From Eledone cirrhosa (Eukaryota): a stretch of 64,000 bases of DNA. The notes beneath the pieces are model-generated. The model was not told where the DNA came from, ran no database searches, and saw only the letters and a program-made list of their open reading frames with translations. Shown one piece after another: positions 38,201 to 48,000 of this stretch; position 1 is the stretch's first letter; every line of letters starts with the position of its first letter. Made by a program: the position numbers and the translations under genes. The stretch covers positions 113,832,001 to 113,896,000 of the forward strand of contig OZ024740.1 in the NCBI GenBank assembly GCA_964016885.1, written 5' to 3'.

Positions 38201-38615
38201 ATGGTATGAGCATAGGCCAGAGGCGGTGATGGAGAACAGTCAGGTGAAGGTGCTGTGGGATTTTAGGATACAGACGGACAAAAAACTGGAACACAATAGA
38301 CCTGACCTGGTGGTTGTGGACAAAGAAAAAAGATCGTGCCTGATTGTGGATGTGGCCTGCCCGTTCGACACGAGAGTGCAAGAGAAGGAGAGGGAGAAAA
38401 TTAACCGATACCAGGACCTAAAGTGGGAGGTGAAAAGGATTTGGAACTGCCATGAAGTCAAAGTGATCCCGATTGTCATAGGCGCACTGGGGACTATCTC
38501 CAAAGGTTTCCAGGGATGGTTAAAGAAAATCGGCCCCTTCACGCTTTTTGGAACGCTTCAAAAGGCATGCTTGCTTGGAACGGCAAGAACCCTCCGATAC
38601 GTCCTGAATATCTGA
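35224..38615 (+). pseudogene. RT-RLE polyprotein with three lesions
   Basis: Compared with copy A2: GAG>TAG at 37210-37212, a 1-nt deletion at ~37526, and a stop at 37824-37826. Confidence 0.92.
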
Positions 38616-38688
38616 GGCTGCAGGTAGTGGCTTGATATTCAATCCAACGGACTTTCCAGTTAACCAACATCAATGACTGAGATTCAAG

Positions 38689-38742
<54 letters not shown>

Positions 38743-39002
38743 TTTCTTTATTAACCACAAGGGTTTACATAAAGTAGACATTAAGGACAGTGCAGGACAA
38801 TGCAGGACGGTACAAATGGGCATTTCTGCGTGTAAAAAACAAAAGCAGAGGATGTAACAAAAATAACAATGAAAATAACAATGAAAAATTCCCCAATAGG
38901 GGGGGACACTTCGGAGGGACATTTGTGGAGAAAGCCCAGTAAAAAGCCACAATGACCCTGACCACCAAGGCAAGTGCCCTCTCCCAGTTTTCCACCTTTA
39001 GT

Positions 39003-42000
39003 TTACAGATATATACTCAGAGTCGGCCCATTCACTCGGGCCATTCTTGCTTCTCTCACCCATCTTTCAACAAAATGCTGGGAAGAGAGCACTTCCCTCT
39101 CTACTCTGATTTTCCTTTTCAAATGAAATTTGAAAAAGTCAATCAGAGCATCACCGAAGAGGTAAGTGCTCGTCTTCAGCCCTTTCAAACGTGTCCACCA
39201 TACTATCTCTTTCGCCATGGCCACCAGACAGATAAAAACTGCCTGCCCTTCCCGGCTAAAGGAGGAGGGCGGGGCAATCCTCACGATGGCCTCAGATGAT
39301 AGCTGGATCCGTCCTAAACGCGACAGAAGGTGTTCGACATAAACCCACAAGTCAGCAATTTTCGGACACTGGACGAGTGCGTGCAGGACGGTTTCGTCGC
39401 CCTGCGCGCATCTCGGACATGCCCGACTGACGGCACTTCCATGCCTGTAGAGTTTATCCCGAACTGGCAAGGCTCCTCGGTAGCACTGCCAGGCCAGAGA
39501 TTTCTGGAAGTTGTCCATAGGCCCTGGCCCGAAAGTTCTTCCGAAGAGATTGGCTAGTTGATTTTCGTCGACGCCTAGAGTTTCCCCAAGTACGTCGTCG
39601 CTCTTCCCCTCCACTAATCCTCTATAGAACGCCGAGGTGGAGTTTCCACCGATCACATTGCCCGATTGGTCGAGGGCTATGAGCGCCTGAAGACATTCCA
39701 GTCTCCAGGCGCTCCCTCTCGGTCTTCGCTTGACCCAGGACTGCAGCTCCGTCAAGGAAACGAGCTGGGGAAAAACGCGTCTAGTAAACGGCGACCACAC
39801 CTGATCACCGTCGAGGAAGAGGTGGAGATGTCGTAGCCTGAGCGCGTGCCTGCGCATCATCAGCCACGGCATGCCCAGCCCTCCACGTAGCGGGTGTTGA
39901 CAACAGATGGACCGCCTGACCATCGGAGCGCGTCCCTTCCACAAAAAGCGAAAGAGCAAACGCTCCAGCGCAGTCAGGTGAGGCTTAGGACAAGGTACGA
40001 CGGTCAGGCGGTAGCAGATGACGGACGCGATGTACGCGTTAGCCACCTCCGCTCGACCTTTCAGGGATAGCTTCCTCTCCACCCATTTCTGGGTGAAAGA
40101 AGCCACCCTGCTCGTCACCTCGTCCCAGTTTTTGTCCGTCTGGAGGTCCGGACCGAACCAGACCCCTAGCAATTTAACCGGTCCGTCCGTCCAGCGTCCG
40201 ACGACGCTGTTGGACGGCATGGACCTGCCTCTCCAGGTGCCGAGCTGCAGGCCCACTGACTTTTCCTGGTTGATCATTGCTCCTGTCACCGCTTCGTATT
40301 CTCTTAGTGTAGTGCCGATCGCCTCGATGTGTTTGGCGTTCGACACCACTACGGTGACATCGTCCGCATATGCTGACACGGATCTTCCGCATCCTAGTTC
40401 GCGCGGGACTCCCCTCAACGTCTCCAGTTTGTGCAGTAATGGCTCGAGAGTCAATACGTACAAGAGGGACGAGAGGGGACATCCTTGGCGGACCGAGCGC
40501 ATGATGTTGAACGGTTCCGACAGGTGACCGTTCACTCTCACCACAGAGCAGATGTCGCTGTGCATGGCAGCGATCCAGCCTCTGAAGACGGGCCCAAAGC
40601 CAGCCGCCCTCAGGACTGCCGCTAGGTAACGATGGTCGACCCTATCGAAAGCTTTCGACTGATCTAAATTGATCAAGGACCCACCCGTGCCAGGTTCCCT
40701 AGCTACCCTCTCTACGATGTATCGCATGAGGTGGAGGTTGTCGTGGATGGATCTGTCGGGAATGGCGCATGTCTGCGCCTCTCCCACCAGACCACCAACG
40801 ACAAGCGCCAACCTCTTTGCTAGCACCTTGGCCAAAATCTTAAACTCTGTGTTTAGCAGAGTTATGGGCCGGAAATTGTCTATGTTATCCCCCTTGTTCG
40901 GATCCTTTCTCAGCAGTGCCACCGCTCCTCGGCTCACAGAACTGGGAATTCTCCCGTTCTGTTGCCAGTTGCAGTAGACGTCCGCCAAGAGGCCTCCGAA
41001 CAAGTCTGGCATCTGTACGTAAAGTTCATAGGGCAGACCATCCAAACCAGGCGATTTACCCCTTGTGCAGCCAGTCATTGCCTCCCGTACTTCAGCGGCT
41101 GTTATCGGCTTTTCGCAACACCTCGCCTCAGTGGCCGAGAGCCGCGGCAGCCCGTCGAGGTAGACACTAAAGTCCATCCCTCTACCCGGCCCCCCGCTGC
41201 CCCCGAACAGCTGAGCGAAGTGTCGCTGAAAAGCTTCACACATTTGCCCGGGATCGAGTAGCATGCGCCCGTCGTGGTCCACCAAAGACCGGATCGTGGC
41301 TTTGTTGCCACGACGCGCCTCCGCCACTCGGGCCCATTGAACGGCTTTCGTCCCCTCGTGTGTGAGAGCACGCACCCTAGCTCTGACAACGCAGCCTTCG
41401 TGCTTTGCATTGAAGAATTGGTCAAGGGCCAATTTCGCCGCAAGCACGTCGGTCGCAATGCCTTTGCTAAGCGCCTCGTCTAATTTTCTAACTAGTTCTC
41501 CCTCTGCTCTATTTTTCTCTATTGCTAAAGCCTTACTAAACCTAATCGATTCTATTCTAATCGCTCTTTTCAGAGCAAACCACCACTTGTTGTTGACGAT
41601 GGCCCCCGTCAACGCCCGCTTAACTAGTTTGCTAATCCGGTCTCTGTAGGCCTTGCGCGCTGGTAAGGACGCGTTTAGCTTCCAGTAGCCGGGTCCTCGT
41701 CTATGAAGCCTATCTAAGTCAAGCACACAGGTCACGAATTTGTGGTCCGTGTAGCTGACTATCTTGAATTGTGGACAGCCTATGCTAGACCTATCTATTT
41801 CCCTACAAAATACTCTATCTAGATATGATCTGGATGACCCTATGCGGTTTGTCCAAGTCCACATTGGCACATTCGGGAAATCCAATCGGTACCTGTCAGA
41901 CAGTTCAAAACGCCTGAGCAGGTTGGTGAGGCTCTTGCACCCTCCACCCCTATCCGCTAATCCCACACAGTCCCAGCGTGCATCTAAGATCCCGTTCCAG

Positions 42001-42422
42001 TCGCCCACTAACACTAAAGAGCGGGACGTTCCAAGAAAGGTCTCCAGACGCCGGAAGAAATCAGGCCGCCCTGCTCCTGTCGGGGCATAGACGGCCACTA
42101 GCCTGAAAGCTTGCCCGTCTCCGCTGGTCACGTCCAGCACCACCAGCTTACCCTCTGGGTCCAGGAAGATGGCCCGTATGGCGAGATCCAAACCTCTCCG
42201 AAAAAGTACAGCAACTCCTCCACCGGATCCAGGACGGCTGGGAGATGCGTACACATCGTAGCCGCCGAAGATCGGTGCGAAGGCCCGTGCTTCGGAGATT
42301 CTGGTCTCGCTGATGGCCACTACATCTATGTTTAGTGACCTGAGGTCGTTGAGCAGGTGACCCTGCTTCCATGACGACCCCAAGCCACGCGCATTTATGC
42401 TGCCTATTCTGAGTGAGGTCAT
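39003..42422 (-). CDS. ORF2: APE endonuclease, reverse transcriptase, CCHC (1139 aa)
   Basis: GSINARGL, SETR, VYAP, GDWN, LDR, TDH (APE); KSPGLDG, FRPITLLN, DQSKAFD, QGCPLS, YADD (RT); CPRC...H...C. Confidence 0.97.
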   Translation of the reverse strand: MTSLRIGSINARGLGSSWKQGHLLNDLRSLNIDVVAISETRISEARAFAPIFGGYDVYASPSRPGSGGGVAVLFRRGLDLAIRAIFLDPEGKLVVLDVTSGDGQAFRLVAVYAPTGAGRPDFFRRLETFLGTSRSLVLVGDWNGILDARWDCVGLADRGGGCKSLTNLLRRFELSDRYRLDFPNVPMWTWTNRIGSSRSYLDRVFCREIDRSSIGCPQFKIVSYTDHKFVTCVLDLDRLHRRGPGYWKLNASLPARKAYRDRISKLVKRALTGAIVNNKWWFALKRAIRIESIRFSKALAIEKNRAEGELVRKLDEALSKGIATDVLAAKLALDQFFNAKHEGCVVRARVRALTHEGTKAVQWARVAEARRGNKATIRSLVDHDGRMLLDPGQMCEAFQRHFAQLFGGSGGPGRGMDFSVYLDGLPRLSATEARCCEKPITAAEVREAMTGCTRGKSPGLDGLPYELYVQMPDLFGGLLADVYCNWQQNGRIPSSVSRGAVALLRKDPNKGDNIDNFRPITLLNTEFKILAKVLAKRLALVVGGLVGEAQTCAIPDRSIHDNLHLMRYIVERVAREPGTGGSLINLDQSKAFDRVDHRYLAAVLRAAGFGPVFRGWIAAMHSDICSVVRVNGHLSEPFNIMRSVRQGCPLSSLLYVLTLEPLLHKLETLRGVPRELGCGRSVSAYADDVTVVVSNAKHIEAIGTTLREYEAVTGAMINQEKSVGLQLGTWRGRSMPSNSVVGRWTDGPVKLLGVWFGPDLQTDKNWDEVTSRVASFTQKWVERKLSLKGRAEVANAYIASVICYRLTVVPCPKPHLTALERLLFRFLWKGRAPMVRRSICCQHPLRGGLGMPWLMMRRHALRLRHLHLFLDGDQVWSPFTRRVFPQLVSLTELQSWVKRRPRGSAWRLECLQALIALDQSGNVIGGNSTSAFYRGLVEGKSDDVLGETLGVDENQLANLFGRTFGPGPMDNFQKSLAWQCYRGALPVRDKLYRHGSAVSRACPRCAQGDETVLHALVQCPKIADLWVYVEHLLSRLGRIQLSSEAIVRIAPPSSFSREGQAVFICLVAMAKEIVWWTRLKGLKTSTYLFGDALIDFFKFHLKRKIRVEREVLSSQHFVERWVREARMARVNGPTLSIYL

Positions 42423-42457
42423 GTTTAAAATAGAGTGGAAAAGATGGGAAAGACCAC

Positions 42458-44557
42458 TTACCGTATTTTTGGTAGAGGAGGGATGGTTTTTACATCCCTT
42501 TTCACTTGATCGTCTGGTGAAGGGACCGTTGAATCGTCCCTTCGGCTGGTCGTCGGCTCTTCTAAGAGAATGTCTGAATATACTCTTCGATTAATGGTTC
42601 CTCCTAGGTCCCTGAAATCACCAACTGCGTTGGGGAATTTCGTTTTAATGTTTGTGTATTGTTTCTGTGCTATTTTTAGCAGTCTTATGTTAGTTGGCGT
42701 TTTGATTGGTGCTGGTATTATGTAGTCCTGTTGTGAAATGTCTGTGTGTTCAATTATGTAAGTCATTAGTTTCTTGTTGTGTGTGTTTATTGCCGTGCAT
42801 TTGTTTTTCTGGGGGTGGGGTGTGGTTCTGCTATTTTCTTGTCGTTGTTGCTGGGTGTGTGTGTTTTGTTGTTGTGTTTGCGATGTTGGTGCTTGTGGTG
42901 GTGGTGTTGAAGGTGTTGTTGGCGGTGGGGTTGTCGCCGGTGGTGATGGTGGCGCTAGTGTGGGTGGTGATGGTGTTGGTGTTGTTGCTGCTGTGGGTCT
43001 CTTTGCAGTAGACTTTACCCTTTTCTCATTTCTTTCCTCACTTTTCAAAGGCGACGATGCGCTGCTTCTGCGTTTGTGCCTTCTTACGACCTTTTGCCAT
43101 CTCTCTCCCACCTCACACTCCATGTCTGATTCTGTGAGGTCGGGGAGGGGTACCAACTCCACTCTTTCACTTGTTGTTGTTGGTGATGTTTGCACTGGAG
43201 TCTCTGTTGCAGCTGCATTTGGTATTGCTGTTGTTGTTGTTAGTATTTCCACTGCTGCTGCTGTTTTTGATTTCCGTGGAGTGGGTATGGGTGCCACGGG
43301 CCTATCGTTCCTGGTTGCCGCTTGTCCTGTTGCTGGTAGCCGTGGAGCCGGATTCGGAAGGAGGGGGGTTTTCTCCTTTCTCAGGGTCTTCTCGTTGCAG
43401 AAGGCCCTGAGGTGAGTCTTCGATCCACAGCGAAAGCATTTCGGGCGTTTGCCCTCAACACTTATGGGCAGTTGAGTGCCGTTATCGAAGTCTATCACAT
43501 CCGGGATAGCTTCGATGCACTCCTGGTTGGTTTGGATTAGCATCTCAATGGAGGAGCCGACCCAATCTTCTCTTACTTTTTTCTGTACTTGCAGTACAGT
43601 TGTTTTGTCCTCGATTCCGACGAGGACAGACGCGGCCAGCCAAGAAGGGGTCATTCCGGGGGGGACGTGGGTCAGTTTGACCCTCACAATTTTTTGCCCA
43701 CAGTAGGAGGGCACCAACACCATTTCCTCGCTCCTTAGGGTCACTACTGATTGGGCCTTTGCCTCCTGGGGTGTGGCACAAAGTACGTCTACGGTGGCAT
43801 ATTTTTTGCCTCGGGTGATGTGCGTTTTCCGCTGCCACACAGACCCCAAGGCTTTTTGTATTTGGGCCTCTGTGGCTCTTTCCACCCTACGGGATTTTGT
43901 ACTTACTGTACGGTACGTGACCGTACAGTGCTCTTGGGTTTCGAAAAAATTTTTCGCTGCCTTGCAGATTGCTCGGTGTCCGTTCTTTGTCACCATCTTC
44001 TTCGCTTCCTCTAATTCCTCATTTGTTATGAGGATTGTTTCCAAATTTTTCGCAATACCTGCAAATGAGATTGGTTTTTCTCTGCTGTTGTTGTTGTCGT
44101 CAGAGCTGCTGGTACTTTTGTTGTTGCTGCAGGTACTACGACTACTGCCTCCGCCGCTGTTGCTGTGGTTGTTGTTGGTGTTGCTGCTGCTAATGCTGTT
44201 GTTGTTTATGCTGCTGGTGATGCTGTTGCGGCTGCTACTGTTGTTTTCATTGTCACTGTTGCTGTTGTTATTACGGCTGCTACTGCTATTATTCCTGACG
44301 TCAGACGAGTGAACTGGGTTTTCGTATTTCCCGCACACCTGTTTCGTCGCTGTCGTCGTCGTGGTCGTGGAGAAACCTTGCACGCTTTGCACGAGACTTT
44401 TCTTTTCTTTCGTCGCTTGCGAAAGAGAAGGGAGGGAGAGAGACACATTTAAAGAAGGGAGGGAGAGAGACAATCTTCTCTCTGCTGTAGTGATGATTGA
44501 GGAAGAAGAAGACGGAATGAGTGGGAGTGACGTATGAAATTTCTTTTTGGTAGCCAT
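42458..44557 (-). CDS. ORF1: gag-like nucleic-acid-binding protein (699 aa from ATG)
   Basis: First ATG lies in the context AAAAAAAC-ATG-GCT; the ORF track starts 11 codons earlier at TTG. Has a CX2CX4HX4C knuckle (CFRCGSKTHLRAFC) and Ser/Asn- and Pro/Thr-rich tracts. Confidence 0.92.
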   Translation of the reverse strand: MATKKKFHTSLPLIPSSSSSIITTAERRLSLSLPSLNVSLSLPSLSQATKEKKSLVQSVQGFSTTTTTTATKQVCGKYENPVHSSDVRNNSSSSRNNNSNSDNENNSSSRNSITSSINNNSISSSNTNNNHSNSGGGSSRSTCSNNKSTSSSDDNNNSREKPISFAGIAKNLETILITNEELEEAKKMVTKNGHRAICKAAKNFFETQEHCTVTYRTVSTKSRRVERATEAQIQKALGSVWQRKTHITRGKKYATVDVLCATPQEAKAQSVVTLRSEEMVLVPSYCGQKIVRVKLTHVPPGMTPSWLAASVLVGIEDKTTVLQVQKKVREDWVGSSIEMLIQTNQECIEAIPDVIDFDNGTQLPISVEGKRPKCFRCGSKTHLRAFCNEKTLRKEKTPLLPNPAPRLPATGQAATRNDRPVAPIPTPRKSKTAAAVEILTTTTAIPNAAATETPVQTSPTTTSERVELVPLPDLTESDMECEVGERWQKVVRRHKRRSSASSPLKSEERNEKRVKSTAKRPTAATTPTPSPPTLAPPSPPATTPPPTTPSTPPPQAPTSQTQQQNTHTQQQRQENSRTTPHPQKNKCTAINTHNKKLMTYIIEHTDISQQDYIIPAPIKTPTNIRLLKIAQKQYTNIKTKFPNAVGDFRDLGGTINRRVYSDILLEEPTTSRRDDSTVPSPDDQVKRDVKTIPPLPKIR

Positions 44558-45056
44558 GTTTTTTTGTTTAAAATGAAATTTTGGGTACAAAACCCCAATA
44601 ACTGGTTATTTAACCCCGAAGGGCCAAATAACGGACAGAAAGACCCCTCTCACGAGGAGGAGGGTGTCTTTATCAACAATTTGGTTCAAGTTTTAAACAA
44701 TTTACAATTGTTTTAACGGTTAAAAATTACTATACCTTACAGAGCCGAGCCTCCGTCAACCATGGCATTCAATAATAATAATAATAATAATAATGATTTC
44801 TTTATTAACCACAAGGGTTTACATAAAGTAGACATTAAGGACAGTGCAGGACAATGCAGGACGGTACAAATGGGCATTTCTGCGTGTAAAAAAACAAAAA
44901 CAGAGGATGTAACAAAAATAACAATGAAAATAACAATGAAAAATTCCCCAATAGGGGGGAGACTTCGGAGGGACATTTGTGGAGAAAGCCCAGTAAAAAG
45001 CCACAATGACCCTGACCACCAAGGCAAGTGCCCTCTCCCAGTTTTCCACCTTTAGT

Positions 45057-48000
45057 TTACAGATATATACTCAGAGTCGGCCCATTCACTCGGGCCATTC
45101 TTGCTTCTCTCACCCATCTTTCAACAAAATGCTGGGAAGAGAGCACTTCCTTCTCTACTCTGATTTTCCTTTTCAAATGAAATTTGAAAAAGTCAATTAG
45201 AGCATCACCGAAGAGGTAAGTGCTCGTCTTCAGCCCTTTCAAACGTGTCCACCATACTATCTCTTTCGCCATGGCCACCAGACAGATAAAAACTGCCTGC
45301 CCTTCCCGGCTAAAGGAGGAGGGCGGGGCAATCCTCACGATAGACTCAGATGATAGCTGGATCCGTCCTAAACGCGACAGCAGGTGTTCGACATAAACCC
45401 ACAAGTCAGCAATTTTCGGACACTGGACGAGTGCGTGCAGGACGGTTTCGTCGCCCTGCGCGCATCTCGGACATGCCCGGCTGACGGCACCTCCATGCCT
45501 GTAGAGTTTATCCCGAACTGGCAAGGCTCCTCGGTAGCACTGCCAGGCCAGAGATTTCTGGAAGTTGTCCATAGGCCCCGGCCCGAAAGTTCTTCCGAAG
45601 AGATTGGCTAGTTGATTTTCGTCGACGCCTAGAGTTTCCCCAAGTACGTCGTCGCTCTTCCCCTCCACTAATCCTCTATAGAACGCCGAGGTGGAGTTTC
45701 CACCGATCACATTGCCCGATTGGTCGAGGGCTGTGAGCGCCTGAAGACATTCCAGTCTCCAGGCGCTCCCTCTCGGTCTTCGCTTGACCCAGGACTGCAG
45801 CTCCGTCAAGGAAACGAGCTGGGGAAAAACGCGTCTAGCAAACGGCGACCACACCTGATCACCGTCGAGGAAGAGGTGGAGATGTCGTAGCCTGAGCGCG
45901 TGCCTGCGCATCATCAGCCACGGCATGCCCAGCCCTCCACGTAGCGGGTGTTGACAACAGATGGACCGCCTGACCATCGGAGCACGTCCCTTCCACAAAA
46001 AGCGAAAGAGCAAACGCTCCAGCGCAGTCAGGCGAGGCTTAGGACAAGGTACGACGGTTAGGCGGTAGCAGATGACAGACGCGATGTACGCGTTAGCCAC
46101 CTCCGCTCGACCTTTCAGGGATAGCTTCCTCTCCGCCCATTTCTGGGTGAGAGAAGCCACCCTGCTCGTCACCTCGTCCCAGTTTTTGTCCGTCTGGAGG
46201 TCCGGACCGAACCAGACCCCTAGCAATTTAACCGGTCCGTCCGTCCAGCGCCCGACGACGCTGTTGGACGGCATGGACCTGCCTCTCCAGGTGCCGAGCT
46301 GCAGGCCCACTGACTTTTCCTGGTTGATCATTGCTCCTGTCACCGCTTCGTATTCTCTTAGTGTAGTGCCGATCGCCTCGATGTGTTTGGCGTTCGACAC
46401 CACTACGGTGACATCGTCCGCATATGCTGACACGGATCTTCCGCATCCTAGTTCGCGCGGGACTCCCCTCAACGTCTCCAGTTTGTGCAGTAATGGCTCG
46501 AGAGTCAATACGTACAAGAGGGACGAGAGGGGACATCCTTGGCGGACCGAGCGCATGATGTTGAACGGTTCCGACAGGTGACCGTTCACTCTCACCACAG
46601 AGCAGATGTCGCTGTGCATGGCAGCGATCCAGCCTCTGAAGACGGGCCCAAAGCCAGCCGCCCTCAGGACTGCCGCTAGGTAACGATGGTCGACCCTATC
46701 GAAAGCTTTCGACTGATCTAAATTGATCAAGGACCCACCCGTGCCAGGTTCCCTAGCTACCCTCTCTACGATGTATCGCATGAGGTGGAGGTTGTCGTGG
46801 ATGGATCTGTCGGGAATGGCGCATGTCTGCGCCTCTCCCACCAGACCACCAACGACAAGCGCCAACCTCTTTGCTAGCACCTTGGCCAAAATCTTAAACT
46901 CTGTGTTTAGCAGAGTTATGGGCCGGAAATTGTCTATGTTATCCCCCTTGTTCGGATCCTTTCTCAGCAGTGCCACCGCTCCTCGGCTCACAGAACTGGG
47001 AATTCTCCCGTTCTGTTGCCAGTTGCAGTAGACGTCCGCCAAGAGGCCTCCGAACAAGTCTGGCATCTGTACGTAAAGTTCATAGGGCAGACCATCCAAA
47101 CCAGGCGATTTACCCCTTGTGCAGCCAGTCATTGCCTCCCGTACTTCAGCGGCTGTTATCGGCTTTTCGCAACACTTCGCCTCAGTGGCCGAGAGCCGCG
47201 GCAGTCCGTCGAGGTAGACACTAAAGTCCATCCCTCTACTCGCCCCCCCGCTGCCCCCGAACAGCTGAGCGAAGTGTCGCTGAAAAGCTTCACACATTTG
47301 CCCGGGATCGAGTAGCATGCGCCCGTCGTGGTCCACCAAAGACCGGATCGTGGCTTTGTTGCCACGACGCGCCTCCGCCACTCGGGCCCATTGAACGGCT
47401 TTCGTCCCCTCGTGTCTGAGAGCACGCACCCTAGCTCTGACAACGCAGCCTTCGTGCTTTGCATTGAAGAATTGGTCAAGGGCCAATTTCGCCGCAAGCA
47501 CGTCGGTCGCAATGCCTTTGCTAAGCGCCTCGTCTAATTTTCTAACTAGTTCTCCCTCTGCTCTATTTTTCTCTATTGCTAAAGCCTTACTAAACCTAAT
47601 CGATTCTATTCTAATCGCTCTTTTCAGAGCAAACCACCACTTGTTGTTGACGATGGCCCCCGTCAACGCCCGCTTAACTAGTTCGCTAATCCGGTCTCTG
47701 TAGGCCTTGCGCGCTGGTAAGGACGCGTTTAGCTTCCAGTAGCCGGGTCCTCGTCTATGAAGCCTATCTAAGTCAAGCACACAGGTCACGAATTTGTGGT
47801 CCGTGTAGCTGACTATCTTGAATTGTGGACAGCCTATGCTAGACCTATCTATTTCCCTACAAAATACTCTATCTAGATATGATCTGGATGACCCTATGCG
47901 GTTTGTCCAAGTCCACATTGGCACATTCGGGAAATCCAATCGGTACCTGTCAGACAGTTCAAAACGCCTGAGCAGGTTGGTGAGGCTCTTGCACCCTCCA

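Larger units (their letters stand above)
33847..38690 (+). mobile_element. R4/Dong-type non-LTR retrotransposon A1, apparently full length
   Basis: Bounded by (AAT)n, with a ~1.4-kb leader, a single RT-CCHC-RLE ORF and a ~75-nt 3' UTR. The Dong/R4 assignment rests on domain order and TAA-repeat targeting. Confidence 0.9.
38741..44770 (-). mobile_element. Tx1/L1-clade element A1, full length, intact ORFs
   Basis: Bounded by (AAT)n. 5' end is GAATGCCATGG, followed by two ORFs, AATAAA and an (ATT)n tail. Confidence 0.97.

Noticed and set aside
44715-44770. Spliced-leader RNA-like layout (AAG|GT then AATTTTTAA) at element 5' ends
   Set aside because: The Sm-like site is non-canonical, no SL stem-loops are evident, and the exon part is not conserved between families.
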